From: Clostridia bacterium
GTDB taxonomy: Bacteria; Bacillota; Clostridia; Oscillospirales; CAG-272
NCBI GenBank assembly: GCA_017462035.1
Contig: JAFTRY010000013.1
Location: 425 to 64,424, forward strand
Direction: 5' to 3'
DNA: 64,000 nucleotides
The notes beneath the pieces are model-generated. The model saw only the letters and a program-made list of their open reading frames with translations. It did not search any database and was not told where the DNA came from. Made by a program: the position numbers and the translations under genes. Of this stretch, positions 8,936 through 19,158 are shown in pieces. Each line of letters starts with the position of its first letter. Position 1 is the first letter of the stretch.

Positions 8936-9709
8936 TCAGATCTGCTTCCTCATATGCTCCAGAGCCCCTTTTTCCAACCGAGATACCTGCGCCTGAGAGA
9001 TACCGATCTCCTCGGCAATCTCCATTTGAGTCTTGTTTTTGTAGTAACGGAGCTGTAGAATGGTGCGTTCGCGCTCGTTTAGCTTTTGCATGGCTTCCCG
9101 GAGCGCGATGTTCTCCAACCAAATCTCATCGGAACTGTTGGAGTCGCTGAGCTGATCCATCACGTAAATGGAATCTCCGTTTTCACTGTATACCGGCTCG
9201 TAAAGGGAAATCGGTTCGATGATCGCCTCCATGGCGTGTACGACTGCTTCCTTTTTCTCCCCCAGACGAGCGGCAATCTCCTCGGGGCTCGGATCATACT
9301 CCTTTTCCCGTGTAAGCTCCTCCCGGGCTTGAAGGGAGCGGTATGCAAGGTCACGGACCGAGCGGCTGATCCGGATGGAGTTGTTGTCTCTCAGATAACG
9401 GCGGATTTCCCCAATAATCATGGGAACGGCATAGGTGGAAAATTTTACGTCCAGCTCAATATTGAAGTTGTCCACCGCCTTCACAAGCCCAATGCAGCCT
9501 ACCTGAAACAGATCGTCCATGCTCTCCTTTCGGTTGGTAAAGCGCTGAATGATGCTCAGCACCAAACGCAAATTTCCGTAGATCAGCTCTTGTCTGGCGT
9601 TTTGATCTCCTTCCTTTGTTTTTTTCAGCAGAGTCTTTTTTTCTTCATCGGTCAGAACCTTTAGGTTGGCGGTATTGACACCGCAAATTTCGACTTTGTT
9701 ATAATACAT
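8936..9709 (-). CDS. sigG: Sporulation sigma factor SigG
   Basis: NKVEICGVNTANLKVL, GNLRLVLSIIQRF, FSTYAVPMIIGEIRRYLRDNNSIRISRS and EIGISQAQVSRLEK match B. subtilis SigG rather than SigF. GGGAG lies 9 nt before the ATG. Confidence 0.85.
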   Translation of the reverse strand: MYYNKVEICGVNTANLKVLTDEEKKTLLKKTKEGDQNARQELIYGNLRLVLSIIQRFTNRKESMDDLFQVGCIGLVKAVDNFNIELDVKFSTYAVPMIIGEIRRYLRDNNSIRISRSVRDLAYRSLQAREELTREKEYDPSPEEIAARLGEKKEAVVHAMEAIIEPISLYEPVYSENGDSIYVMDQLSDSNSSDEIWLENIALREAMQKLNERERTILQLRYYKNKTQMEIAEEIGISQAQVSRLEKGALEHMRKQI

Positions 9710-9788
9710 CAAAAAATACTCCCGACATCGGCGGTGCTCCTTGGAGCATCAGCCTTTCTGTCAGGAGTATTGACGGTTCCCAATTTTG

Positions 9789-10403
9789 TTATTCAGCAGA
9801 GACCCTTCCACTTTTTTCCGACTCCAAACCGGTAACGGGGGAGCCTACCATGTGAAGTACGCAATCGCAGTAGTCCAGATCCGCCTCATCGTGGGTGACG
9901 AGGAGCACGGTTTTTTCACGGAGTGTCTGGAATACAAGGTCTGACGTTGCCAACCGTGTCTCCGCGTCTAAACCGCGGAAGGGTTCGTCCATTAAAACCA
10001 GATCGGGGGCGTACGCCAGCGCGCGGGCAATGGATACCCGTTGCTTCATCCCCCCCGAGAGCTCGTGGGGATATAGAGCGCTGATGTCTGAGTCGGGGAA
10101 CAGACGCCCCAGAAAATACAGGGCTTTGGCTTTGTCTGGGCAGACAGCACTTACGTTTTCTAAGGCGGTCATCCAGGGGAAGAGCCGGGGTTCTTGAAAT
10201 AAGTAGGCACACCTTTCATAGGAGCTTTGGATCCGTCCCTCAGAGGGAGTGAGTAAGCCCGAGATGACATGAAGCAGAGTAGTTTTTCCAATTCCCGAGG
10301 CCCCTAAAATTGCCGTGATCTTTCCCTCAGCAAAGGAGTAGCTCAGATCCGAAAGTACCGTCTTTTTTTGATACCGAAGAGTCAGATGTTCAATGTTCAG
10401 CAT
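9789..10403 (-). CDS. ABC transporter ATP-binding protein (NitT/TauT family)
   Basis: Walker A GASGIGKTT, signature LSGGMKQR, Walker B LVLMDEP. Confidence 0.9.
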   Translation of the reverse strand: MLNIEHLTLRYQKKTVLSDLSYSFAEGKITAILGASGIGKTTLLHVISGLLTPSEGRIQSSYERCAYLFQEPRLFPWMTALENVSAVCPDKAKALYFLGRLFPDSDISALYPHELSGGMKQRVSIARALAYAPDLVLMDEPFRGLDAETRLATSDLVFQTLREKTVLLVTHDEADLDYCDCVLHMVGSPVTGLESEKSGRVSAE

Positions 10404-11181
10404 GGGCTTCTCCTTTCGGGATCATGCGCAGCTTTTTGGTTAGCCGCTCTAAACCGTAGACCAGCAGCTTTTCGATGATCAAGCTCAGTAAAATGACGAT
10501 GAGTGTCCAAGCAAAGAGAGTAGGTGTTTCCAGATAGGTCTTGGAATAGTATAGCTCCTTGCCAATAGAATGATCCGGCGTTGCCAAGATCTCGGCGGCA
10601 ATTCCCGCCTTCCATGCCATTCCCAAGGAGGATTTACATGCCGCCATAAAGTACGGAACGACCGAGGGGACATAAAGACGGAAGAGCTTCTTCCAAAGGG
10701 AGAAGCGGTACACCGTCGCTACCTCAACAAGATTTCTGTCTACGCTTCGGATCCCTTCGGATACGTTTGCCCAAACGATGGGAATCACGATCAGTGCCGT
10801 GATAAAAACGGGAAGGATCCCGCGCTCCATCCAGAGAAGTGCCAGAATGATGAAGGAGGCGACGGGGGTGGATTTGACCGCAGAGATGGCGGGACTGAGA
10901 ATGGTGTCAAGGAATCGGGAGGAGGCGGTCAGATAAGCAAGAAGCGTGCCCAAGATCCAAGAGATCGAAATTCCCCATAGAACCCGGAGCAGAGAAGTGC
11001 AGGTAGTCAGCCAAAAGGACTTTTCGCCGATCAAGTGCCAAAGCTCGGCTCCTACGGTATCGGGGGCGGGGAAGAAAAAGTCGCTGTTCACACGCAGAGA
11101 GACCGCAAACCACACTCCGCCCCAGAAAACAAGAGCGACAAGGATCTTTATTACAGATAAGCATATTTTTTTTACGGTCAT
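10390..11181 (-). CDS. ABC transporter permease (SsuC/TauC-like)
   Basis: Six-TM BPD-type permease. AAGGAG precedes ATG 11181. Overlaps the ATPase start. Confidence 0.85.
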   Translation of the reverse strand: MTVKKICLSVIKILVALVFWGGVWFAVSLRVNSDFFFPAPDTVGAELWHLIGEKSFWLTTCTSLLRVLWGISISWILGTLLAYLTASSRFLDTILSPAISAVKSTPVASFIILALLWMERGILPVFITALIVIPIVWANVSEGIRSVDRNLVEVATVYRFSLWKKLFRLYVPSVVPYFMAACKSSLGMAWKAGIAAEILATPDHSIGKELYYSKTYLETPTLFAWTLIVILLSLIIEKLLVYGLERLTKKLRMIPKGEAHAEH

Positions 11182-11213
11182 GGCGGTCTCCTTGTGTGAC
11201 AAAATGACTTTGT

Positions 11214-12293
11214 TTATTGAGCGGCGTTGGCAGAGGTCAGCGCCACGGTTACCTTAGGCTCGGGAAGGACAGCGAGCGGTGCCTGCCCGGCAACGAATGC
11301 CGCCTGGAGGGCATCGGGACTGTTGTAAGAGGTGGTGTCCAGGGTCACGTCCTCACCAACCTTCAAGCCGGCGGATTGCACAAGGGCGGCGGTAATATAC
11401 TCGGGGTTGGAGCCGGCACCGGGAAGGTAGATCGTCTTACCCTTCAGATCAGCAAGAGAGGCGATGGTTCCTTCACCGTTCTGGAGCAGATACAATACGC
11501 CGAGGGTGTTCAGAGCCAAAAGCTGAAGCTTCCCCTGAGACTTGTTGAAGAGCTTCACCGCTACGTTTGTGGGAAGAGCGGCAATGGCGCACTCACCGCT
11601 TACGATGGCACCGGTAATGGCATCGGCGGCGGTGTGAAGGGAGATGTTGTAGTTCATGTCAGATTTGTTGTTCTTTTCATTGTCGATCATCTGTGCCATG
11701 CCCAGAGCGGTGGTTCCGTTCAGCGCGTAGATCTTCATTTCCAGATTCTTGTCCGCCTTGGTTGCGTCGCCGGCAACGGTGTAATAGAAGCCGTCGGTGG
11801 GAAGAGCACCGCCAATGGAGGTAGCATCGTAGGAGAAGATCTTGTTGCAGAAGGTGTTCATGACAGGTTTCATATCAGAGCCCGCGATATAGCAGAGATT
11901 ACAGTTCGGCAGAGCCTTTTTGGCAATGGCGGCTTTGGGAAGGATTCCGGCGTTCACGATCATGTTGATGGCATCCTCCGAGCCGCTTTTTACGGTGGTT
12001 ACCGAGGCACTGTAATCCTGGAGAAACTTAGCGACCTCGTTGGGGTGGGCGGCGGCGAAGGCAGTGTTGATTACAAGACATCCCTGTACCAGCGTGTTTT
12101 TGCCGTTGATGGTTTCCCACTCGGCGGTCAGATCCAAAGCCACCTTAGCGGAGGCGTTGGTGCCGCTTTCGATTCCGGCGGGGTCGGTGTTGTTAGGGGT
12201 TTCTTCCTGCTTGGCACAGCCGATCAAAGCGAAGGGCAGTACCATGCAAAGTGCCAGAAGAAGGGTGATGAGTTTTGTTGCGGTGTGTTTCAT
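11214..12293 (-). CDS. ABC substrate-binding lipoprotein (NMT1/TauA-like), apparently circularly permuted
   Basis: Lipobox FALIGC. Contains the family segments DLTAEWE...ALPTDGFYY and KIYALNGTTALGMAQ...LKGKTIYLPG...AVLPEPKVTVAL, but in swapped order (see findings). Confidence 0.8.
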   Translation of the reverse strand: MKHTATKLITLLLALCMVLPFALIGCAKQEETPNNTDPAGIESGTNASAKVALDLTAEWETINGKNTLVQGCLVINTAFAAAHPNEVAKFLQDYSASVTTVKSGSEDAINMIVNAGILPKAAIAKKALPNCNLCYIAGSDMKPVMNTFCNKIFSYDATSIGGALPTDGFYYTVAGDATKADKNLEMKIYALNGTTALGMAQMIDNEKNNKSDMNYNISLHTAADAITGAIVSGECAIAALPTNVAVKLFNKSQGKLQLLALNTLGVLYLLQNGEGTIASLADLKGKTIYLPGAGSNPEYITAALVQSAGLKVGEDVTLDTTSYNSPDALQAAFVAGQAPLAVLPEPKVTVALTSANAAQ

Positions 12294-12362
12294 TTTGAAA
12301 TTCCTTTCTTAAACAAAATTAGTAATAAAATTAGTAAAAATAGATTTTTTAGCCAATAGTGC

Positions 12363-13040
12363 TTACGGTGTCTCATACCGCCGTTTCAGAGCGTCGGGAT
12401 CTGGGAGAAAGAAGTCTTTGTCCTTCCTTTCCAGTAAATTCCCCTGAATCAGACTGTCCACGGCTCGGTAGAGGGAGGCCCGTCCGATCCCCAGCTGGTC
12501 GGCAAGCCCGCTCATGGAGCAGGGAAGCGTAACCTTCCCGTTTATTTGCCGGTCCAAAAGAAAGAGGGAGAGTTTTTTTTCTGCGCTTCCGGCGGTGAAG
12601 GTCAGAATTTTTCGGTTCAGATACATTAGCTTTCCACTCTGAAAGGTTAGGTAATTGCGAAGAGCACAGTGGTCGTTCTCGATCCATTGCCGAAAGGCAT
12701 CGCCGTCAATGAACAAGACCTGTGCTTCCCCCGCAGAGACGATCCGAGTGGGAAAGGGCTCCTGTTGGGCGTACAGATTGGCGACTCCAAACATGTCCCC
12801 CTCTCGCAGTGTATTCAAAACCGCGTACTCCTCGGAGCTGCCTGCCTGAACCTGAGCACTGCCGGAGCACAGAACCCCCACGTATAGCTTTTCCGATTTG
12901 GAGGAATAAATCACCTGGTTGGCGAGAAAGTTTGAAAGCCGTAGAGTGTTCGGAGTGAGAAAACGGTTTACCGAGTCTGGTTGCGTACCCGCAAAAATGG
13001 AGTTTTTGGAAATTGCGGGAAAGTAAGTGTAGACCGTCAT
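12363..13040 (-). CDS. Crp/Fnr-family transcriptional regulator
   Basis: cNMP-binding-like N-terminus (GDMFGVANL) and C-terminal HTH MSGLADQLGIGRASLYRAVDSL. First gene of the ABC operon. Confidence 0.85.
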   Translation of the reverse strand: MTVYTYFPAISKNSIFAGTQPDSVNRFLTPNTLRLSNFLANQVIYSSKSEKLYVGVLCSGSAQVQAGSSEEYAVLNTLREGDMFGVANLYAQQEPFPTRIVSAGEAQVLFIDGDAFRQWIENDHCALRNYLTFQSGKLMYLNRKILTFTAGSAEKKLSLFLLDRQINGKVTLPCSMSGLADQLGIGRASLYRAVDSLIQGNLLERKDKDFFLPDPDALKRRYETP

Positions 13041-13061
13041 AGCAACCTCCTTTCAAAAAAG

Positions 13062-13077
13062 TGTCTCAAATGAGACA
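13062..13077. promoter_or_regulatory. Perfect 16-bp palindrome TGTCTCAAATGAGACA, candidate operator
   Basis: 7-2-7 inverted repeat lying between the -10 box and the RBS of the Crp/Fnr gene. The architecture resembles a CRP/FNR-type site. Confidence 0.45.
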
Positions 13078-13082
13078 AATGA

Positions 13083-13111
13083 ATTATAGCATGGATCATG
13101 GAAATTGTCAA
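13083..13111 (-). promoter_or_regulatory. Consensus sigma-70 promoter of the crp/fnr-ABC operon
   Basis: Minus strand reads TTGACA, 17-nt spacer, TATAAT. Confidence 0.65.
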
Positions 13112-13280
13112 TAGCTTTTTGAAAAATTCTGTTATTTTTTTATCAATCCGTGTATTGTAAACAAATTGTTAATTAGATTCGAAACTTATTTTCAATTTGT
13201 TAAAAAAATGGTATAATGACATTTCAGAGAAATAGACAGATCAACGGTGAAAATGCTGACCGTAAAGAAAGGAAATCATT

Positions 13281-14186
13281 ATGACTCTCGTAATTTTGGC
13301 AGCGGGCATGGGTTCGCGCTACGGAGGACTCAAGCAACTGGATCCCATTACTGACCGCGGTGAATTCATTATTGATTTTTCAGTGTACGATGCCATTCGC
13401 GCAGGCTTTGACAAGGTGGTGTTCGTGATCAAGGAAGAAAATCTGGAGCTGTTCCGCCAGACCATCGGAAGCCGATTTGAGTCGAAAATTCAGGTCAAAT
13501 ACGTGTTCCAGGATCTGAAGGATCTGCCCGAGGGATTTGCAGTACCGGAGGGACGGGTCAAGCCTTGGGGAACCGCCCAGGCGTTGCTGGCGGCAAGACA
13601 TGAGGTGCATGAGCCCTTCGCCGTGATCAATGCGGACGATTTTTACGGCAAGAGTGCCTATGAGCTGTTGGCAAAGCATCTGTCCGCCCCAAAGAAGGAG
13701 GGCGAGTCGGAATACTGCATGATCGGCTACGTGCTGGAAAATACATTGACTGAAAACGGAACGGTATCCCGTGGAATCTGCTGTGTGGGCGAGGACGGGT
13801 ATCTGGTGGACGTGACGGAGCGTACAGCCATCCGCCGAGAAGGGAATCACGCCGTGTTTTGCGAGAACGGAGCGGAGTCCGCTCTTCCTTTGAACGCCAT
13901 CGCTTCTATGAATTGCTGGGGCTTTACTCCCGATATTTTCGCCGAGGTAGAGGCGGGATTTAAGAGTTTTCTCTCTGATCTGGGACCCAATCCCCAGAAG
14001 TGCGAGTACTATCTGCCCTTTGCCGTTCGAGAAATGATGGAGGCGGGAAGGTGCCGCGTGAGAGTATACGAATCTGACAGTGCCTGGTATGGCGTTACCT
14101 ATCATGAAGACAAAGAAAAGGTGCAAAATAGCTTGGCGGAGCTGAAGGTACGGGGCGTATATCCCGATTCCCTCAGCAACGCGTAA
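13281..14186 (+). CDS. Sugar-phosphate nucleotidyltransferase family protein
   Basis: N-terminal LILAAGMGSRYGGLKQLDP (NTP-transferase G-rich loop). Clustered with galE and galM. Confidence 0.7.
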   Translation: MTLVILAAGMGSRYGGLKQLDPITDRGEFIIDFSVYDAIRAGFDKVVFVIKEENLELFRQTIGSRFESKIQVKYVFQDLKDLPEGFAVPEGRVKPWGTAQALLAARHEVHEPFAVINADDFYGKSAYELLAKHLSAPKKEGESEYCMIGYVLENTLTENGTVSRGICCVGEDGYLVDVTERTAIRREGNHAVFCENGAESALPLNAIASMNCWGFTPDIFAEVEAGFKSFLSDLGPNPQKCEYYLPFAVREMMEAGRCRVRVYESDSAWYGVTYHEDKEKVQNSLAELKVRGVYPDSLSNA

Positions 14187-14210
14187 GAATCAATCAGAAG
14201 GAGAAGAGAC

Positions 14211-15224
14211 ATGGCAATTTTGATTACCGGCGGAGCGGGTTATATCGGCTCCCATACGATGGTGGAATTTCTGAATGCTGGAAGAGAGCTTGTGGTTGTA
14301 GATAACTTTCTGAACAGTAAGCCTTGCGCGCTGGAACGGGTCAAGCAGATCACGGGAAAGGACTTCAAGTTCTATGAGGTAGATCTTCTGGACAAGGAGG
14401 CGCTGGAGCGCGTTGTTTGTGAGAACGGCATCGACAGTTGTATTCACTTCGCGGGTCTAAAGGCTGTAGGTGAGTCCTGCCAGAAGCCTCTGTGGTATTA
14501 CCATAACAATATTACGGGTACGCTAAATCTGTGCGAGGTTCTGCAAAAGTACAACGCCAAGCGGATCGTGTTCAGCTCTTCCGCTACGGTTTACGGTAAT
14601 CCCTCCAGTGTTCCCATTACCGAGGATTTCCCCCTGTCCACCACCAACCCCTACGGCGAGACAAAGCTGATGATCGAGCGGATCTTAAAGGATCTTCACA
14701 CCTCCGACCCCGAGTGGAGCATTTCCATTCTCCGTTACTTCAATCCCATCGGTGCTCACAAGAGCGGGCTCATCGGTGAGGATCCCCAAGGGATTCCCAA
14801 TAACCTGCTCCCCTACATTACTCAGGTTGCCGCCGGAAGACGGGAGCGTCTGTCTGTGTTCGGTAACGACTATAACACGCCAGACGGAACCGGTGTCCGA
14901 GACTATATTCACGTAGTGGATCTGGCAAGGGCACATTTAAAGGCAATTGAGCGGGCGGAGAAGATCACCGGCGTGGAGCACTTTAACATTGGAACCGGCG
15001 TGGGCTACTCGGTGCTGGATATTGTTCACGCGTACGAGAAGGCAACGGGTATTGCCATCCCCTATCAGATCACTCCTCGCCGTCCCGGTGATATTGACGA
15101 GTGCTACGCCAACCCCGCTAAGGCAGCGGAGATTCTTGGCTGGAAGGCGGAGTATAACATTGAGGACATGTGCCGGGATGCCTATAACTGGCAGTTGAAG
15201 AATCCCCGCGGTTACGATGACTAA
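14211..15224 (+). CDS. galE: UDP-glucose 4-epimerase
   Basis: ILITGGAGYIGSHT, the YGETK catalytic motif, and 337 aa length. Confidence 0.92.
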   Translation: MAILITGGAGYIGSHTMVEFLNAGRELVVVDNFLNSKPCALERVKQITGKDFKFYEVDLLDKEALERVVCENGIDSCIHFAGLKAVGESCQKPLWYYHNNITGTLNLCEVLQKYNAKRIVFSSSATVYGNPSSVPITEDFPLSTTNPYGETKLMIERILKDLHTSDPEWSISILRYFNPIGAHKSGLIGEDPQGIPNNLLPYITQVAAGRRERLSVFGNDYNTPDGTGVRDYIHVVDLARAHLKAIERAEKITGVEHFNIGTGVGYSVLDIVHAYEKATGIAIPYQITPRRPGDIDECYANPAKAAEILGWKAEYNIEDMCRDAYNWQLKNPRGYDD

Positions 15225-15234
15225 GGAGGAGAGT

Positions 15235-16296
15235 ATGAGTATCCAGAGGCAATTATTCGGGACACTTACTGACGGACGTAAGGTGTACGCCTACACCCTC
15301 CGAAACGAAAACGGAATGACGGTAAAGATTCTAAACTATGGCGGTGTGCTGGCAGAGCTGAGGGTGCCGGATCGGAACGGATGCATGACGGATGTGATCG
15401 GAGGTTATGATTGTCTGGATTCTTATGTTCGCGGAGACGGCTACCAGGGGGCACTCATTGGACGTTGGGGCAATCGAATTGCCCGCGGAGCCTTCACGCT
15501 GGAGGGGAAGGCTTACAGCCTGTTTATTAACAACGGTGTCAACCACCTTCACGGCGGTGAGTACGGCTTCAATACGAAGCTCTGGGATGTGACCGAGATC
15601 GATGGTGACGAACCGTCCCTCGTGTTGCATATCCTTTCTCCCGACGGAGACGAGGGATATCCCGGCAATCTGGATCTGACGGTTACCTATCAGCTGACGG
15701 CGCAAAACGGTTTGTCCATCCGTTATGTGGCAACTACCGACCAGACCACCGTGCTGAATCTGACCAATCATACTTATTTCAATCTGCGCGGCTACGCCTC
15801 AGGCAGTGTTCATCCGCTGATCCTGTGGCTGGATGCCGATACCTATCTGCCTACTGACGATACACTGATCCCTACCGGCGAGCTGCGGAGCGTAGAGGGA
15901 ACTCCCTTTGATTTTCGTACACCGAAGACGGTAGGACAGGACATCGGGGCAGATGACGTGGATCTGAAGCAGGCAGGAGGCTATGACCATTGCCTCAATT
16001 TCCGCGGAGGAGCCACCCAGGAGCCTGTGAAACGCGGGGAACTGTACGATCCCGAAAGCGGAAGGGTCATGGAGCTTTTTACCAACCAGCCCTGCGTGCA
16101 GTTTTATTCCGGCAATTTCTTGACGAATAAAGAGTTTCCCTTTAAGGGAGGCTACGGACAGGCTCCGCAGACGCTCCTTTGCCTGGAAACCCAGCACATG
16201 CCGGACAGCGTGAATCACGAGAATTTTACGAATTGCGTCCTAAAGCCGGGAGAAGTTTACGACTTCTTCACCGAATACCGCTTTTCAGTTAAATAA
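15235..16296 (+). CDS. galM: Aldose 1-epimerase (galactose mutarotase)
   Basis: NNGVNHLHGG, the TNHTYFNL motif, and AAGGAGG before ATG 15235. Confidence 0.88.
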   Translation: MSIQRQLFGTLTDGRKVYAYTLRNENGMTVKILNYGGVLAELRVPDRNGCMTDVIGGYDCLDSYVRGDGYQGALIGRWGNRIARGAFTLEGKAYSLFINNGVNHLHGGEYGFNTKLWDVTEIDGDEPSLVLHILSPDGDEGYPGNLDLTVTYQLTAQNGLSIRYVATTDQTTVLNLTNHTYFNLRGYASGSVHPLILWLDADTYLPTDDTLIPTGELRSVEGTPFDFRTPKTVGQDIGADDVDLKQAGGYDHCLNFRGGATQEPVKRGELYDPESGRVMELFTNQPCVQFYSGNFLTNKEFPFKGGYGQAPQTLLCLETQHMPDSVNHENFTNCVLKPGEVYDFFTEYRFSVK

Positions 16297-16297
16297 A

Positions 16298-16335
16298 ACA
16301 GAGTCGGCTTGCCTCGGTAAGCCGACTCTGTTTTG
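16298..16335 (+). terminator. Rho-independent terminator after galM
   Basis: ACAGAGTCGGCTT...AAGCCGACTCTGT followed by TTTT. Confidence 0.75.
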
Positions 16336-16388
16336 TCTGCGGCAAGATTCATAATGCTCTGCGGCGGCGCATAAAATGTGTCGAGGTG

Positions 16389-17609
16389 ATGAAGGTGAGA
16401 AGTGTATTATTGCTCAAAAAACGGACAAAAATAGGATTGAGCTTGTCAAAAAAATGGAGAAGGAGACTGTGCGGTTTGCTCCTTGTGATATGCCTGATTT
16501 TGCCGGGGAGGCTACCTGTCGCGGCGGAGACAGTGCGTGCCGACGGGGCTCCCACGCCCGACTGTAAGTCCGCCATCCTCATGGAGGCATCTACCGGAAT
16601 GATTCTCATGGAGCAAAACGCGGACGAACCGTTACCTCCCGCTTCGGTGACGAAGGTTATGACCCTTTTGTTGGTGATGGAAGCCATCGAAGGAGGACGG
16701 CTTCGCTATGAGGATATGGTGACTGCCAGTGCTCATGCCTGTTCCATGGGCGGTTCCCAGATCTATTTAAAAGAAGGGGAGCAGATGACAGCGGAGGATA
16801 TGATTAAAAGTGTGGTCATCGCCTCTGCCAATGACGCGGCGGTTGCTCTCGCCGAGCATCTTGCGGGTAGCGAAGAAGCCTTTGTGGAGCAGATGAACCG
16901 TCGGGCACGGGAATTGGGAATGGTGAATACCAATTTTGAGAATACCAACGGTCTTGACGATACCGCCACAAACCACGTGACCTCTGCCAGAGATATTGCC
17001 CTTATGTCAAGGGAGTTGATCAGGCACAAGAAAATAACCGAATATAGCTCTATTTGGATGGATACCGTGCGAAACGGTAGCTTTGGATTGACGAATACCA
17101 ACCGATTGGTTCGCTTTTACAGGGGAGCCACCGGGCTGAAAACCGGGTCCACCTCCAAGGCGGGCTTTTGTGTGTCCGCAACTGCGGAGCGTGACGGCAT
17201 GACGTTGATCTGTGTCATTATGGGTGCTCCCAGCCGAGATATTCGAAACGGAGCGGCAACCGCTCTTCTGGATTATGGATTCGCGAATTATACGGTTTAC
17301 GCCCAAGAGGGCAAGGAGTTAGAGCCTTTGTCGGTGCTTGGCGGACTGCGGGAGGTGTGCGGCGCATCCTTCCCTCACTTCGAAACTGTGATCAAGAAGG
17401 GGGATGGAAAGCGAGTGGAATACGTGGTGGATCTGCCCGAAACTCTGACCGCTCCAATTGCAAAAGGGGAGAAGATCGGAAGTGTGGAATATCGTTTGGA
17501 TGGTAAGGTCATTGGCAGCGTGGAGATTACTGCCACCGAATCGGTACCCAAAATTCGCTTCGTGGATGTACTGCTTCAATTGCTGAAAAACCTTGTTGGA
17601 TTTTCATAA
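16389..17609 (+). CDS. D-alanyl-D-alanine carboxypeptidase (PBP5 family, DacB/DacF-like)
   Basis: SxxK (SVTKVMT), SxN (SANDAA), KTG (LKTGST) and a signal/anchor N-terminus. Confidence 0.85.
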   Translation: MKVRSVLLLKKRTKIGLSLSKKWRRRLCGLLLVICLILPGRLPVAAETVRADGAPTPDCKSAILMEASTGMILMEQNADEPLPPASVTKVMTLLLVMEAIEGGRLRYEDMVTASAHACSMGGSQIYLKEGEQMTAEDMIKSVVIASANDAAVALAEHLAGSEEAFVEQMNRRARELGMVNTNFENTNGLDDTATNHVTSARDIALMSRELIRHKKITEYSSIWMDTVRNGSFGLTNTNRLVRFYRGATGLKTGSTSKAGFCVSATAERDGMTLICVIMGAPSRDIRNGAATALLDYGFANYTVYAQEGKELEPLSVLGGLREVCGASFPHFETVIKKGDGKRVEYVVDLPETLTAPIAKGEKIGSVEYRLDGKVIGSVEITATESVPKIRFVDVLLQLLKNLVGFS

Positions 17610-17710
17610 ATCGTTACAAAATGTTCATAAATTGTTCTAAAAATAACGGAGGATATGTTATATAATATAGTCCTAAGTTTTTTAATTTAAAAAGGTGGGA
17701 AAAAGTAGAA

Positions 17711-19051
17711 ATGGCACTGAAATTAAACGACGCATACGTAAAAAATTTTGTGAAGGCGGAGGATTGGAAGGAAATCTGTCCCGAGGTTCTGAAGGCTCAG
17801 AAGACCTTGTTGGACGGAACCGGCGAGGGAAATGATTTCCTGGGTTGGGTGAATCTGCCCACCAACTACGACAAAGAGGAATACGCGAGAATCAAGAAGG
17901 CAGCACAGAAGATCCAAAATAGCTGTGACGTGTTTATTGCCATCGGAATCGGAGGCTCTTATCTGGGTGCCAGAGCAGTGATTGAATTCATGAAGTCACC
18001 TCTGTATAATAATTTGAAGAAGGATACCCCCGATGTGTACTTCGCGGGATGCAATATCAGTGCTCAATCACTGAACGAACTGCTCTCTATCTGTGAAGGC
18101 AAGGACATCTGCATCAACGTGATCTCAAAGTCGGGTACTACAACCGAGCCTGCCGTGGCGTTCCGTGTATTCCGTGAGCTTTTGGAAAAGAAGTACGGCA
18201 AGGAAGGTGCCCGCGAGAGAATTTTCGTGACCACGGATAAGGCGAAGGGAACTCTCAAGCAGTTTTCCGATGAGGCGGGTTACGAAACCTTCGTGGTTCC
18301 GGACGATGTGGGAGGACGTTTTTCGGTTCTTACCGCCGTGGGTCTGTTGCCCATTGCCGTTGCCGGAATCGACCTGGACGGTCTTATGCAAGGTGCCGCT
18401 GCGGCTGCCGAGAAGTTTGCCGCTGTGAAGGACGTAGAGGAGAACGACTGTCTGAAGTACGTGGCTTACAGAAATCTGATGTACCGTCAGGGCAAGACCA
18501 CGGAGATCCTGGTCAGCTACGAGCCTTATGCCGCTATGCTGAACGAGTGGTGGAAGCAGCTGTACGGTGAGAGTGAAGGAAAAGATGGAAAGGGTATTTT
18601 CCCCGCCTCCGTGATCTTCTCCACAGATCTGCACTCCCTGGGACAGTTTATTCAGGACGGAACCAGAAATTTGTTTGAGACTGTGGTTCGTGTGAAGGAA
18701 ACCGATGAGAAGCTGGCAGTTCCTTACGACGAGGCAAACGTAGACGGTCTGAACTTCCTGGCGGGAACCGACCTAAACGAGATCAACAAGACCGCCATGC
18801 AGGGAACCATTCTGGCACACATCGACGGTGGTGCTCCCAATCTGCTCATCGAGCTGGATCGCAAGAACGAATTCTGCTTAGGCTATCTGCTCTATTTCTT
18901 TGAGTTTGCCTGCGGTGTATCCGGCTATTTGCTGGGGGTGAATCCCTTCAATCAGCCCGGCGTGGAGGCATATAAGAAGAATATGTTCGCTCTCTTGGGT
19001 AAGCCCGGCTATGAGGACCGAAAGAAGGAATTGGAAGCAAGATTAAAATAA
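17711..19051 (+). CDS. pgi: Glucose-6-phosphate isomerase
   Basis: 446-aa Firmicute-type PGI: [31 protein letters not shown]. Confidence 0.93.
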   Translation: MALKLNDAYVKNFVKAEDWKEICPEVLKAQKTLLDGTGEGNDFLGWVNLPTNYDKEEYARIKKAAQKIQNSCDVFIAIGIGGSYLGARAVIEFMKSPLYNNLKKDTPDVYFAGCNISAQSLNELLSICEGKDICINVISKSGTTTEPAVAFRVFRELLEKKYGKEGARERIFVTTDKAKGTLKQFSDEAGYETFVVPDDVGGRFSVLTAVGLLPIAVAGIDLDGLMQGAAAAAEKFAAVKDVEENDCLKYVAYRNLMYRQGKTTEILVSYEPYAAMLNEWWKQLYGESEGKDGKGIFPASVIFSTDLHSLGQFIQDGTRNLFETVVRVKETDEKLAVPYDEANVDGLNFLAGTDLNEINKTAMQGTILAHIDGGAPNLLIELDRKNEFCLGYLLYFFEFACGVSGYLLGVNPFNQPGVEAYKKNMFALLGKPGYEDRKKELEARLK

Positions 19052-19084
19052 TTTGAAAATTTTTAAAGAATCTTAAAATAATAC

Positions 19085-19113
19085 TTGAAAAATTTTCCGA
19101 TATGCGATATAAT
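19085..19113 (+). promoter_or_regulatory. Sigma-70 promoter
   Basis: TTGAAA, 17-nt spacer, TATAAT. Confidence 0.55.
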
Positions 19114-19158
19114 AGTATTGAGCAAACAAATGCTCAATAAATTAATCGGAGGTCCGGA

